From NCBI GenBank assembly GCA_965112735.1, contig OZ218956.1, forward strand, positions 186,001 through 250,000: a DNA stretch of 64,000 nt, given 5' to 3'. Made by a program: the position numbers and the translations under genes. Shown in pieces: positions 14,318-29,200 of this stretch. This DNA comes from Phaeosaccion multiseriatum (Eukaryota; Protista; Ochrophyta, other classes). Position 1 is the first letter of the stretch. Every line of letters begins with the position of its first letter. A model generated the notes under the pieces. That model saw only the letters and a program-made list of their open reading frames with translations. It did no database searches and was not told the origin of the DNA.

Positions 14318-16464
14318 CTACACCACTGCTCTACTTGCTGGGCACTCACCCCACACTCAGCGGCCATGAAGGCCGACGCGGAGGGGAAATTATACACCAC
14401 TGCCGCGCTGCCGGGAAGGAGGGACTACAGGGGCATACATTTAGAGGCACATGGGCGTACATTTAGAGACATATGGGCATACATTTAGAGGCATATGGGC
14501 AGAGCAAGACAGATGTAGATGGGGAGGATATGTAAGGGGTATATGGGCAGGGCAGAGAGAGAGCCACCACGTCAGTCGAGCCTCAGAGGAAGGAGGAGCG
14601 CCCTTGGCTAGACTGGTGGAGAGAGTAAGCAGGCCATGCAGTCCCCCCCCCCCCCTCTCTCTCCTTCCCTTCGTGCACCCACCATTGCGATGCTGTCACT
14701 CTCTTCCTCCTCCTGCTGCTCTTCCTCTTCCTCCTCCTCCTCCTCCTCCTCCTCCTCCTCCTCCTCCTCCTCCTGCTCCTCGCCCCCCTCCCGCTCCGAA
14801 GGCCCCTTGCTGCCCTCCTTCTTACCCTCATCGCCCCCCTCTTCCTTCTGCGTGCGCCCTTTCTGTCGCCCCCTGCGCCCCCCTTCGCTTGCCGCCCTCT
14901 GCCGCTGCCCCTGTCGCCATCCCTCCTCTCCCGCAAAGAGTCGGAAGCGCTGCACGGCCTCTCTTTTCTTGCTCACTGACACAGCCACGAGGCTTAGCGC
15001 CACTCTGCTGAGGCGGTTGCGCACCACGAAGCGAGGGCTGATGGTAATTACCTGGAAGGGTCATGGTCATGGTCATGGTGGGGGTGAGGGAGTGAGTGAG
15101 TGAGTGAGGGAGTGAGGGAGTGGGCGAGGGTGAGTGAGGAGTGAGGGAGGGATGAGGGAGGGGTGAGGGAGGGGAGGGGTGATCAAGTGGGTGAGTGGGT
15201 GAGTGAGTGGTGGCTGTGAGTGAATGGAAGGGAGGGAAGGGGAGAGGAGAGGAGATGAGTAAGTAAGTCAATGAAGGCTAGTAAGCCAATGAAGGCTAGT
15301 AAGTCAATGAAGGCGACGGTGATGACCTTAGTCCGACGAAACATGCCCGGCAAGGAAGTGATGGACACTCCGAAGGTGGCCAGGGGCGTGTGTAACTGCC
15401 CGGACGTGTTGACCGCGTCAACGTTGAAACGGCGACTCCATTGACGCCCTCCGTTGTCCAGGCACACAGGGAGAGAAGAGAGGGGGCCGTGGGACTGAGA
15501 CAGCCACTCGGGCAGGACGAAACCCAGCCTGAAGTGGGAGGAGGAGGGGGGGGAGTAGGAGGAGGGGGAGGAGGAGGAGGAGGAGGAGGAGGAGGAGGAG
15601 GAGGAGGAGGAAGAGGAGAGAAATGATGAGTGGGCAATGTTCGGGCGGCATGCTCCCATCCACTGTCATCCCTGTATCCCTGCGGCTCCTTGCAAAGGAC
15701 CCCCATCCACTGCCATCCCAACACATCATACTTACCCGTTGCCCCCTTTGTCCTCCCCGCCCCCTGCGCGTCCCGACGTCTCCTCCTCCTTCTTCTTCCC
15801 TCCCTCCTCCCCCCCCAGCTGCTGCTGCTGCTGCTGCTGCTGGTGGTGGTCGGAGCAAGGGCCGATGCTGCTGTAAGGAGTGCTCGTGGGCGCGTGCGCG
15901 AGGATAAAGTAGTTCCTCTTGGCTCCGTTGGCGCGGTTTCCGCCGGTCCACACCAACCCCGGGGGGCACACCTTTCGGAACACCTGATACTCAAAGGGCT
16001 GGCGGTAGTTGGAGCCGGCCATCTGTTACATTACGTAAGTTATGTAAGTCAGCAGTCATCAAGCACCGGGGGGAGGGGGGAGGGTGTCAGAGCACGGCAC
16101 CGCAATGGAGCTATCCTGACACCACCTATCTTGACACCAGCTATCCTGACACCAGCTATCCTGACACCAGCCATCCTGACACCAGCTATCCTGACACCAG
16201 CCATCCTGACACCAGCTATCCTGACACCAGCTATCCTGACACCAGCTATCCTGACACCAGCCATCCTGACACCACCTATCCTGACACCAGCCATCTTGAC
16301 ACCAGCTATCCTGACACCAGCCACCGAAGGCCTGCCCTTTCTAAGGGAGCGGAAGAAAGAAGCACGCCTCCTCAGCCCCCGTTTCAGTTTGAGTTCGAGT
16401 TGGAATTCCAGTTCCAGGAACCAACTGTCTGCCTGTCTGCCAGCCTGTCTGCCTGTCTGCCTGT

Positions 16465-16515
<51 letters not shown>

Positions 16516-16887
16516 CCGTAGCAACGTACCCTTAGCTCGGGCCTCCTCTCCCAGCCGCCCTTTGCCAGCCAGGACGGCCCGCCACCCCACCCCTCTTGAC
16601 CCCTCTGATTGAGGCCCCTCTTGTCATAGCACACCAGCACCACGGTGCGCTGCAGTACAGTGAAGTGGACAAAGGTACCCTCCCCCGCGCGTTTGTCGTC
16701 CTGCGCCGTCTGCACGCAGGCCAAACGTAAGCCGCGGAGGCCGGCCTGGGCAAGGGCAAGGGGGGGGGGTTACATTGACTTATGGGAAGGAGGGGCTTAC
16801 ATTGACTTGCGGGAAGAGGGGAAGGGAAGGTGGGCAGAGGTAGGTGCCGGCTGTCGGAACACAGAGACACAGAGAAACAAACACACC

Positions 16888-16954
<67 letters not shown>

Positions 16955-16972
16955 GGACAGACAGACAGACAG

Positions 16973-17005
<33 letters not shown>

Positions 17006-17012
17006 TAGACAA

Positions 17013-17054
<42 letters not shown>

Positions 17055-17082
17055 GGGAAGACAGACAGACAGACAGACTGAC

Positions 17083-17164
<82 letters not shown>

Positions 17165-20100
17165 TCAGACAGACAGACCGACCGACGGACAGACCGACCG
17201 ACAGACAGACAGACAGACGGATAGACAAACAGACAAACACATCGAGACAGACCCACAGAGACGCAGCGAGACAGGTGGAGCAAGGGGAGCAAAGACAGCA
17301 CAAGGAGGGCAATTTCTGTAACAGTATTATTGACTGAGGAAGACAATTTCTGTAACAGTATTACTGACTATGGAGGACGAGGAGAGCACAAGGAGGGCTC
17401 TGCTCCTCTTCCTTACATACTTACCGGCAGCGTGGGTAACGTGTAGTCCCTGTCCACATAGGGCCGATCTCCCTCCCGAAAGTCGAACAAGAGGCGGTAC
17501 TTTGAGCGGCACAGGATGGAGTCCGCAGGAGAGCGGCTCACCACCTGGGCGGGTTAGTCACAGATGGCAACGGATGGGGCACGGGGTTTGCCGAGGGGGG
17601 GGGGGGGTGCCGTTGAGAGAGTGCACACACACACATACATACACGCATACACACGCACGCACACACACACGTACACACGCACACATACACACACACACAC
17701 GTAATGTTACGTACAAGGTCTCTGAGGTCGATGTGTGCGCCGATAAGTCCACTCGGCACCGGCCTCTGCCCCACGCAATACCCCTGCCCATATGCCTGCC
17801 CATATGCCTGCCCATATGCCTGAGGTTGGGGTTGCGCCAGCAGGATGACGTTGTGCAGCAACCCCTTGCCGTCGGAGCTGGAACTTGCCCTCTTAGCGCC
17901 ACCCACACGCACCAGAGCGCCCCCACGGAAGAATCGCCCGTACACCACGAAGGTGGGGCTCTTCCCAGGGGGGGCAGTTCCCGGGGGGGCAGTCCCCCGG
18001 GGCTTGTGTGTCCCCGAGGGGGCGGCGGTGAGTAGCAGAGACAGAGACGGAGAACCCCCCTCCCTCCCTTGTTGCTGCTCCTCTTGCAGTGGCCTGAAGC
18101 CGTCTCTCAGCAGCCAGGAGGGCAGCAAGTCCGAAGGGGTGCGGCTGTCCACGCACACAAACACGAAACAGTCGGTGGAGGGCCAGAAGGAGAGCAGCAC
18201 CTTCTTGTTACTGTCATCTGCTGCCATCCTCTCCTCCATTCCCTCCACCCCCCCCATCCCCTCATCGCCCTTTCCCCCCCTGTCCAGTCCACTCGAGCCG
18301 CCCGAGAGAGGCCCAGCGGCAGAGGAGGAGGAGGCGGCGGAGGAGGAGGAGGGGAGAGGCACCAAAGAGGTCTTGACGAGACGGGTGTGGGGGCTCGAGG
18401 GGCCGACGATGTGTGAGAGCGTTTCAGAACGGACCAAGGCCCGCAGAGAGGAAGGAAGCGCGCCCAGCACCAGCTCCAGGTCGGCGAACAGCCTAATTTG
18501 TAAGGGGAATGAAGCGGGCGGGCAAGTAGTACGCCTCATAAGTCAGTGAAGCAACGCCTCATAAGTCAGCAATCTGTAGAGCCTTACTCAAGCCACACCC
18601 TTTGCCCAACCTACCCCACCCGCCTGACGGGTGCACGCACGCACACACGCACGCACGCACGCACGCACCTGCTTCCCTGCTTGAGGCTTGAGCGGAAGCG
18701 GTAGGAGTGCTTCAAGTCTTCGTTGAACACGCTCAAAGAGCCCACGTACAGCCCCTGCCCATATGACTGCCCATATGACTGCCCATGTGACTGCCCTTGC
18801 CCCACGCAATGCCCCAGCGCGTAGGGAAGCACCTGCAGCTTCTGCGCCGGGCAGCTAAGCATCACGGGCGGCGGCGGCGGTGGCGGTGGCGGCTCCTTCG
18901 CTGACTTACTACTGAGACTGGTTTGGCCTTGGCTTTGCTGCCTGCCTGCTTGTGTACCGCCTGCTGTGCCTGCCGTGCCGTCTCTCTCTCTGTCTCTGAA
19001 GAAGGCCGCGTGCATGCCGTCAGAGAGTAGCGTCGCGTCGGCGCGGAGGGTGGCACGGAGGCGACTCACTGCAGAGCACACAACGGAGTCTTCGGGGGAG
19101 GGCAGGCCGGAGCCAAGAGGGGAGAGCAGGGAGGGGAGCACGCCCTCGCTGAGGCACGCCGGCAGGGCTGTAGGAAGAAGGGGGGGGGGGGCAGGGGAGG
19201 GGAGGGAGGAGTCAAGATTGGAGACAGACTGACACATTAACACACCGCCATCTGTGATTGGTCGATTGGCTGCCTTGCTGACCCGTCCCCTCCCAACTGA
19301 TTTGACTGAGTGACTGAGTGAGTGAGTGACTGAGTGACGGAGTGACTGAGTGACTGAGTGACTGAGTGACTGAGTGACTGAGTGACTGAGTGACTGAGTG
19401 ACTGACCGACCTTCCTTGCTGCTCTTGCCCCTGCCCCTGAGCTTGGGCTCCTTCCTCTTGTCCGTCAGCGCCTTGTACCACAAGGCCATCCCCGTTCGAT
19501 TCACGACCCAATAGCGCGCAAACAGAGTCAATCGCCGTGCCCCCTTGACGCTCCAGCTGCGGCCCAACAAGAACTGCGGATGGGAGAGTGCTCGTTCCTC
19601 TGCCTCAAGTCTCCGCAGCCACGACACTTGTCTCGGAGGTAGCGCATTGAACGTCTGTCGATCGCACCTTGCAGTGGGAGGGGTGGCCAGCACGTCAGAC
19701 CAGCTCCCCGAGCCTGTGCCAAAGCGCACGCGCAGGTAAAGAGGGCGATGTATGTCCAACGCGCCCACTTTGATCTCCTTGCCGCTCTCCACAGTGCCCC
19801 GCCACACTTGCCGGAGCCGCAGGGGAGGACGGCCGGTCCCAGTCCCGCTTGGGCCAGTGGGAGGCCTCCCAGTCTCCTTCTGGTCAGGGTCAGGGTCAGG
19901 GTCAGGGTCAGTATCAGCCCGATGAGAGCCGAGCTCCTCAGGAGAGGCGAGAAGAACGGCGCTCACTCGTATCTCCATTTGGCTCTCCAAGTCTCTCTCC
20001 TCGTCCTCCCCCTCACCTCCGCCCCCACCCCCCCCTCCCCCTCCCCCCTGCCGCGAGACTCGGCGCCGATACTGACGGGCCTCCTCCTCCTCCTCCTGCT

Positions 20101-23100
20101 GTTGCTGCTGCTGTATCACCAACTGCTGCTCCTCCTCTTGCTCCACCTCCGATTCCTGCTGCCCGCCGCTGCCCCCCCTGGGCATGGGCAGTCCCCCTCC
20201 CCCCGTCTTTCCCTTGTTGACGAAGCTGTGCTGGTGGCGGGTAGCCTCTCGTGGGAGGAAGAACAGTGCCGACGCCGGGTCAGCCTTCGGACTGGCGTTT
20301 CCCCGCTGCTGGCTCTGCGCCCAGTCCTGGCCACGCTGAAGCGCCTCCCGCCTTGCCTCCCCCTCTCCCTCCCCCCATCCCTCCGCCTCCCCCCTCCCCT
20401 CTCCTCCTCCTCCCCCCCCCACATCCCCCCTACCCCCCTCCACGCACTGCACAAGCTGCACCTCTATGGAGCAGGGCAGCACATTCTGCAGCACGTAGGA
20501 AGGGTGCACCACTAGCAGCCACTGGGCCCCCTCGCCCCCCTCCTCCAGCACTGAGCCCACCCCCCCCCCGCCCTCGCCCCCCTCAGCCAGGCCCTTGGAG
20601 GAAGTGCGCCTCGGTGGTGAGGAAGGGCTCGTCAAAGGGGTGATAGGCGCTCTTGCCTTGGGAGACGCACGGCCGTGAAGGTGACCATCACCAACCCGTA
20701 TTGAGTCTCGCTCTCCCCCTCCTCCTCCCGACACGGTCCGCTCTGGCTGCTGCTGCTGTTGGTTGTCCGTATAGCCGCCAGCAGTGCCCCCACCCATACT
20801 GCCCGAGAAAGTCCCTGCGTAGCTGCTCAAGTGGCTGCTCCTCCTCCTCTGCCTGCCTGTCTGCCTGCCTGCCTGCCTGCTCGCCTTGCCCCTGCCCCTG
20901 CCCCCCTTGCCCTGCTGAGTGCCCACCGCTCCGAAGTGATCTCCGAGCCCAACGCTGTGACCCGCCCCTCCCGACGCATCCCTCCTCCTGTGCAAGTACA
21001 GCGAGTTTGCCTCCATCTGCTCCGTCCTCCGGAGCCGCATAGGGATGGCAGTGGATGACGGGTCGAAGAGCGCAGGGGAGAGCCGTAGAGACAGACCCTC
21101 ACCCCGCACGCCGCACCTGCCACAGTTACAATACAGTTACAATACAGTTCCAATACAGTTCCAATACAGTTCCAATACAGGTACAGCAGAGTGGCCCTTG
21201 ATCATATGATGGGAAGCCCATACATCGACATGCTCGATACGGAAATCGAGATCAGCAAACTGAAACTGCATGGCCCCTTACCTGGTGGCGTCGCCTTTGA
21301 GGCTGAGGCGATGACTCTCCAGGAGAGGCAGGGGAAGGGGAAGTACCTCCTCCACCGCCAGGGCCAAAGGAAGCTCTCTCTCTCTTCCTCCTCTTGACAT
21401 GGGCGGTGGTGACTGGGGAGAAGAGTCGAACCCCAATCCCGAGAGATCGACCTGAGGGCGAGGAGGTGGGGCGAGGAGGGGGCGGGCCGGGCCGGGGCGG
21501 TGGGAGTGAAGCGCTGCAAGCTTGGAAGCATCGAGGCTTTGTAGGCACTCGCAGCAAGCACTCAGTAACCACTCACTCACCTCCACGGGCGAAGTCGACT
21601 TGTTGCTGAGGGCGACGTTCGAATACAGGTCCAGCACGAGCCCATCTGTGACTCCTCCGTGTGGGCCCTGTTGGCCAGCGGCGAGCCCCTGCCCTCCTCT
21701 GCCTGACGATACGCTTGACGACAAGGCCGCTCGGGTTACCTTCACCACGAGCCCCTGTCAGCAGATGAGGGAATAGAGGCGTACAGGGAGGGAGGGGGTT
21801 ACGAGGCATAAGAGGCATTGGGGTGGGCGTCGGCTCATCCCGTGAGTGTAGCAATGGGATGGACAGCCGCAATGAGCAGGACAGACAGCCGCAAGCGATG
21901 GAGTACTGTACCGCCGTGTGAGTGTGACGTGCGAGGTGTGTGGCCCTCCCTCCCTCCCTCCCTCCCTCCCTCCCTCCCTCCCTCCCTCCCTCCCTCCCTC
22001 CGTCCGTCCCTCTCCCTCCCTCCGTCCCTCTCCCTCCCTCGCTAGCTCGCTCCCTCCGTCCTTCCCTCCCTCCCTCCCTCCCCTCCCTCCCCTCCTTCCC
22101 TCCCTCCCCTCCTTCCTTCCCTCCCTCCCTCTCTCCCTCCCGAACAGCAAAGACACTTACAAATCCCGATGCCCCCCCTGCTGTACAACCAACTGCTGTA
22201 GCCGGTGTCCCCGTCCCGAAACCCGTGGGGGCTCCGCTGCTGCCTCTCCGGATCGGGGAAGGCGGCCCCTGCCAAAAGCCGCCCCCCAGCGCCCCTCCCC
22301 CCGCCCCGCCCCTGTCGCCCTCCTGTTTGGCTTTGGATGCATACCACAGAGGGAAGACCGCGGTGTGCGGCTCCGGCCTAAGCAGCGCGAGCACCGGGCG
22401 ATAGCCCTCCACCACCAGCGTCAAAGGGTATCTGACACTGTTGCCACCGTACTCGGTGGACGAGTGAGTGTCACGAAGAGCGCTAACAGGCACCGCACAC
22501 ACCACACTCCTTCCGTGTCGTACCGCCACGCTGCTGTGGGGTGTCAGGACGGGCATGCCCAGGGGTGTACGGCCTGGCTCTGTGCCCTCTGCCACCCCGA
22601 TCTCCTCCTCCTCCTCCTCCTCCTCCTCCTCCTCCTCCTCCTCCTCCTCCTCCTCCTCCTTGCCCCCCTCCTCTTCTTCCTCATGCTCCTCCTCCTCCTC
22701 GTCGTCCTCCTCCTCTTCCTCCTCCTCCTCCTCCTCCTCCCCCCCGCCCCCCGCCTCCTCTGTCTCCCCGCAGTCCCCTAGCGACAGCCCCTCGAAGAGC
22801 GCCACTTCAAGCCCTTCCCCTGTCACACTCACGACCCTTCCCAGTCGGTTGCGTAGTGTCAGCCTCAGCAGTTGGTGATCTGGGTCAGCCCCCACACCCC
22901 TCGAGGGGTCCAGCCCAGAGAGGGTCCCCTGCCCATACTCATCGCAGTAGCTGCTCGGTCAGGTACGGGGAGTGCATACACCCAGGCATATGGGCAGGCA
23001 TATGGGCAGGCAGGCGTATGGGCAGAGTAAGCGAGGGGACCATACGCCTCAGATGCGCTGTGATGCGGAGGGGAGAGCGTCTAGAGTGCCGAAAGAGATT

Positions 23101-24260
23101 GTCCTTCGCCAGGCTTCTTCCTCCCTTCCTCACTACCTCGCTCCCTCCCCACCCACCCATTGACTTACTACCCACCTGGCCTCCCAGTGCCTGACCACAC
23201 TCCGCACGACCTTTTTGACGGTTTCGCCAAGCGCCGTGGTGACGTTAAGCACGAGGTGGGTCGGGCTCTCGAGACGGAGTGTCAGGGAGTCTCTCCTGCC
23301 GAGGGCACTCTCTACGGCAAGGGAAAGGCTCCATGGCTCGAGGAAGTGCTCACACAGACCGGCCACCTTGTTGAGGTAGCGGCCTGAGGCAGGCATAGGG
23401 GCAGAGGCATATGGGCAGAGGCATAGGGGCAGAGGCATATGGGCAGAGGCATATGGGCAGAGGCATAGGGGCAGAGGCATAGGGGCAGAGGCATATGGGC
23501 AGAGGCATAGGGGCAGAGGCATAGGGGAAGAAGCATATGGGCAGAGGCATAGGGGAGGTATGCGGTGTGTGAAGAGCTTCGAGAGCTTGGTCACGATGAC
23601 ACAGAAGAGAAGTCGAGAGTTTCGACAGCGTGGTGGGCCCTTCCCTCGTGAACTTCTAGTCAAGTCCACTCACCTTCCACGACGCAGCTGAGGCAGGCCT
23701 GCAGCCCGTCCTTCCTACCCAACCACGGCTCATGGCTGGCGTGCACAAGGCTCAGCGAGAGCAAGGCGCTGGGCACACAGAGCTGCGCCAGAGGCTCCTC
23801 CTCCGTTGACTTACTGTAGGCCCCACCCTCGCCGTACCCTTGAGGCCGTAGCGCTGAGCGATGGTCCACCTCCACCAGAGAGAGTAGCAGAGAGCCTGTA
23901 TCCACGCGCACGTCGTACGCGTACATGACCACGGCCTCGCCTCCCTCCTCGCCCTCCGCTGCCATCCCTCCCATCCCCTCCCCGTCATTGGCCGATGGGA
24001 TGAAGAGGGCGCCTCCCTTGGCCACGGCGACGAGGTGCTCCATGCGGCGGGTCCTCTGGGGATGGCGGTAGATGGATCGCAGTGGATGGATGGCAGTACA
24101 CGAGGAGGGGTGTCAAGGGTCCGGCTCGATTCTCTGCCTCCGCCTCACGCGCGCACACCCACGCACAAATAAGACACACAGAGCCGCAAGGACACAGACA
24201 CACACACGTACACGCTCACACACACACACACGTACACGCTCATACACACACACACACACT

Positions 24261-24293
<33 letters not shown>

Positions 24294-24326
24294 TCACACA
24301 CACACACACACCCACACACACACACA

Positions 24327-24357
<31 letters not shown>

Positions 24358-26192
24358 GTACACGCTCACACACACACACACACTCACACACACACACTCA
24401 CACACACACACACACTCACACACACACACACACTCACACACACACACACACTCACACACACTCACACACACACACACACCCACACACACACACTCACACA
24501 CACACACACACACACACGCACACACACACACGCACACACACACACACACACTTTCATTGACATACTCACCCTCCTTAGGGCGTGCTCCTCGACGAGGCTC
24601 TGGACGGCTCGAGAGAGGCTGACCTTGCCACCGGCCAGGCACTCCGGGCCGAGCAGCCAGCGGGGGGAGGACAGGCCAGAGGATGAGCGGCCGGAGGACG
24701 GGCGGGGGGACAGCCCCGAGAGAGGGGAGGGGGACGAGAGGGGCGAGAGACTACTGGGGCTACTGTCTCTCTCTGTGTCTCTATCTCGGTGTCCGAGGTG
24801 TCGGTGTTGCCCAGCCCCATCCGTGTCGTCACCTTCTACTCCCCCCTCCTCCTCTCCCAGTGCCTGGAGCAGCACGAAGTAGTTGGCACAGCCCTTCCTC
24901 GTGCCCTCGTTGCAGCCCAGACGCACAACGCCCGCACCATAGCGCTTGCTCAGCACCTGACAGATGGCAGTGGATGGTGGTGGATAGCGGTGGATGGATG
25001 GGGGGGGCAACGAAGAGGGGGCGTTTTTATTGCTTCCTTGGGTCGATACTCGCTTGGGTCAAGGCCGGGGAGGCCACACCAGCGGCCCATGCCCATGACC
25101 TGCCATCCTCCTTCCACCCGAAACTGAAACTAACCTCGAAGACGCACTCCGACGTGTGCAGCTGCATGTGCGTGCGCGTAAAGTACATGAGCCAGATGGG
25201 AAGTTTGAGTTTGACCTTCATACTCCCCTTGGTGCTCTTCTTGGGCAGCAGCAGGCGGCGGTCGTAGCACACATACACGGTGGCGGGGGCCTTGAGTGAG
25301 AAGGAGAGGAAGGCTCGCGTGCCGCTGTGGCTGCGGTCCTTGCGAAACGTTCGGATGCCTGTCAGGTATGCGCTTCGCAGGCGGGGAGGGAGTGACGTCA
25401 CCACTGCATCGCATGTGTGTCAAGGGTCAAGGTTCGAGGATCGACAGCAAGAGGCGGTTGTTAGGGTCAGGGTCAGGGTCAGGGTCAAGGTCAGGGCCCA
25501 GGGTCAGGGTCAGGGTCAGGGTCAGGGTCAGGGACAGGGTCAGGGTCAGGGTCAGGGCCCAGGGTCCAGGGTCCAGGGTCCAGGGTTCGCCCTTGCGCTG
25601 ATGTGCGGTGTGTCCGCATGCACGAGGGCAAGTAACCAGAGCGAATCTTAAGTAACCTTAAGTAACAGAGCTACTAAGCAGAGGTACTAAGCAGAGCTAA
25701 TAAGCAGAGCTAACCCCTCGTCCTTCGCCCCTCGCCCACTCACCATACGCCGGCTTGTCGCTGTAGTAGCTGTGCCCTACCGCCACCGGGGCGTCCATCA
25801 TGACATACTGGCGGTCCCTTAGCGCCACTCGGATGTTAAAGGGCAGCGCCAGCCCCAGCAGGGAGGGCGCCATGACGTCACGCCAGACCTCTTTGGCGAA
25901 GGCGAAGTTCTTCAGAGCTCTCACCAACCGGATCTGCAGAGATTGGGCGGACATCATCAACATCGGAGTTGTTGGGAACAGAGAGGGGGGAGGAGGGAGG
26001 GAGAAGGAGAAGAGGGGGAGAGAGAACAAGAGCGAGAGAGAAAGGGAGGACGGAGAGAGACAAGAAGGAGAGAGTGGAGTGGAGAGGTAGACGGATACAA
26101 CAGAGAGAGTGAGAAGAGAGAGCGACAAGCCAGGGAGGAGAACAAACGCACACACACACGCACACACACACACACTGACACGCACACACACA

Positions 26193-26289
<97 letters not shown>

Positions 26290-29200
26290 CTGCAGTGTCC
26301 GGACGCTCTGGTCACTAACTCGTGTCGGTGTGGCGCCAGTCTCGCGAGTAATAACTCTCCACAGCAGAGCCAGCCCATCCTCCTCCGCCGCCCCTGCTGT
26401 ATCACCAACTGCTGCCCCTGCCGCATGGTCCTGGCCGGTCCTGCCCAGCCATGGGAGGTCCGTCTGTTTGGCGAGCATGACGCGGAGGCTTGGGAAGCTT
26501 CCGAGCACCTTGGCCATGACTTTGTCGCTGGCGAACTCACCGCACCTGGGGGAAGAGAGGAGACCGGGGGGAGAGAGAGAGGAAATGAAAGAGCGTGGAG
26601 TGTGAGTGCGTGCGTGAGTGCTGTCCCCCCCCCCCCCCCCTCTCCCTTCTTCACCCTACCTTGCCTTGACCCCCCCATCGTGTGGCTCCTCATCGAGAAA
26701 GGCCTGCAATGCCTCAATGAAACTCTCTACGGTAATGCTCATGGCGTCCAGTGCCCACTGAGACTCTTCCGCCGACTCAGCAGGAGGGCAAGCAGGAGGG
26801 TGGACCCTGCTGACCATGCCTTTGTGACTGCCCATATGACTGGTCGTACTGACCACAGCCTCGGTCGCTTCCCCCTTGTCTCCCTCTGCCCCTCCCGTTG
26901 GCTGCCATCTGCCCCCCCCGCCTTGCCCCTGCTGGTGCGACACAAAGAAGTGTGCCAGCAGCGCGTCCTGGCCTCCCAAGTCTCTCCTGCACTGCGGGCA
27001 GATGAAGCCCTCTCCTCCGCTCCCCCCTCCCCTCCCCCCTCCCCTCCCCTCCACCCCCCCTCGGCTCGGGCTGGGACTGACTCCTCTCGGGTTGACTCCT
27101 CTGGGGCTGCTCCTCCTGCCCCCCCCTCCATCCACTGCCATCCCCCTCCCCCCTCTCCGGCGACTCTGCGCAATGACCTCAGTAACGAACGCCTCCACCT
27201 CCTGATCGATCTCGCTCTCCGTCAGGGCCTTCCTCCTCTGCAACGCACGCAACAGCTCCGCCACTACACGCAAGTCCAGCGTCTCTTCCTCGCCCCCCTC
27301 GGGTCCCTCTCCCCCCCCCCCGGGTCCGCCCCCCCGGAACAGCTCTCTGAGCTCGTTGAGTCGCTCCTTGCGCTTCACCTCGGCGGCGCTCAGCAGCTCG
27401 GCCGCCACGTCAACGGGCTGAGGCAGGGCCCGCACGCACGCACGCACGTACAGTCACACGCACGTACAGACATCGGGGTAGTGGGGGATGAAGGAAGCCA
27501 GAGGGGACATGTTAGTTAGAACTTCGTGAAACACGACAAGTAGAGGGGACATGTTAGTTAGTAGTTCGTGAAACACGACAAGTAGAGGGGACATGTTAGA
27601 TAGTACGACAAGTAGAGGGGACATGTTAGTTAGTACGACAAGTAGAAGGGACATGTTAGTTAGTACGACAAGTAGAGGGGACATGTTAGTTAGTACGACA
27701 AGTAGAGGGGACATGTTAGTTAGTACGACAAGTAGAGGAGACATGTTAGTTAGTACGACAACTAGAGACGAGGAAGGGCCAAGGGAATGTGCGTCCGTCC
27801 CTGCCGAATTACAGTGTGTGTATATACCATGTACTGCTCGCCTCTCTCGCTGTGTGTGCGTGTACATGTGTGTGTGTGCATGTGTGTGCGTGCGTGCGCT
27901 CTCACCTGGCCATCCTGCGCGCCGCCCCCGCCCCCCCTTGCGGCGAACATAGCCCCCCCCTTCGCCAGCTGTAACTGGTGCACCAACTGGTGAAGCACGG
28001 CCACATCGAGGCTGCTCAGCCGCACCTCTGCCCCGGAGCCTTCTAATGTGAGCCACCGCCCCAGCGTCACCGTCCGATCATCCACTACACTGTCCCTCTC
28101 CCCCTCCCCCCCCCCCTCCCCCTCCCCGTCTCCGTCCCCGTCCTCGTTCCGTTCCTTCTCCTCCTCCTCGACTCGGAGTCCATTACTGTTCTTGCCGTCG
28201 TTACTCCCCTGGGTGGGCGTGGGCGTGGGCGTGTGCGTGTGTGGGCGCGTGTGCGCGTAAGTGGTCCAGTCGATACTGACCTCCACTTTGCCGGCAGGCA
28301 CCACGGAACCCTTGGCCTTGATGAGTGTCAATGGGTACCACGCTCGACCCATTCTACCCACTCCCCCCCCCCCAGCCTCACACTGGTCGGTATGCCCACC
28401 ACCACCACCCTGCGCTCTCTGCTCCCGAGCCTCTCTGTGGGTCCGGCCTGGATCAAAGTCGCTCCAGTCACCAACAAGAAGGGGCCTCAGAAGGGGCACG
28501 ACAGCGGCGCCCAGTCGTATTCCTTCCTGCCCTTCCTGCCCTTCCTCGCCCTCGCCCTCACCCTCACCCTCTCGTCGCACAGACACAGATACAGACAGTG
28601 TCGCACACGCGCTTTCCACGGATCTTTCCACGGACCTTTCCGCGGATCTTTCCGCCTCCCCCTTGACCTCTTGCTCTTGCTCGTTCCCTCCCGCCGGCAG
28701 AGAGAGGGAGAGGGGGCCCGAGAGGTGCTCGGGCCGGAGGTGGAGGAGGAAGACATGGTCCGGAGCCTCCAAGACGTACGCAGCACTCTCCCCCTCCTCC
28801 TCCTTCACCGTCCTTGTTTTGTCCGCTTCTAGGCGCTCCCCTCCCTTCCCACCTTCTTCTCCGCCTTCCCTCACAAGCCGAGCAGCACTACCGCTGCCTC
28901 TGCCGCCCCCCCATCCACTGCCATCCCCTCCGCCTCCCCATCCACCGCCATTTGTAAGCCCCACATGCACTGCCAGTTGGGACGGCCCTTGCTGCTGCCG
29001 CTCCGCCCCACCCGGGATGACGACTTGTGGCCCGTGTGGCCCGTTGCTTCGGCCGCCTGCGGACACGGCATGCTGATCCTGCACACGCACGCGCCCACGT
29101 GTACTTGTCGACACCCAATGCCTGACCAGGCAGCGATGCACCACCACGCGCACCTCACACGGCACACGCCGAACGCGTAGACGCAGCACTCCGCCCATCC

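Noticed and set aside
27500-27768. 30-bp repeats as a CRISPR array
   Set aside because: Head-to-tail units with no unique spacers, inside a eukaryotic intron, and no cas genes.
28250-28530. Possible C2 domain in VPS13 ([21 protein letters not shown])
   Set aside because: Suggestive, but too interrupted by low-complexity inserts to call by eye; C2 domains are also already known in some VPS13s.
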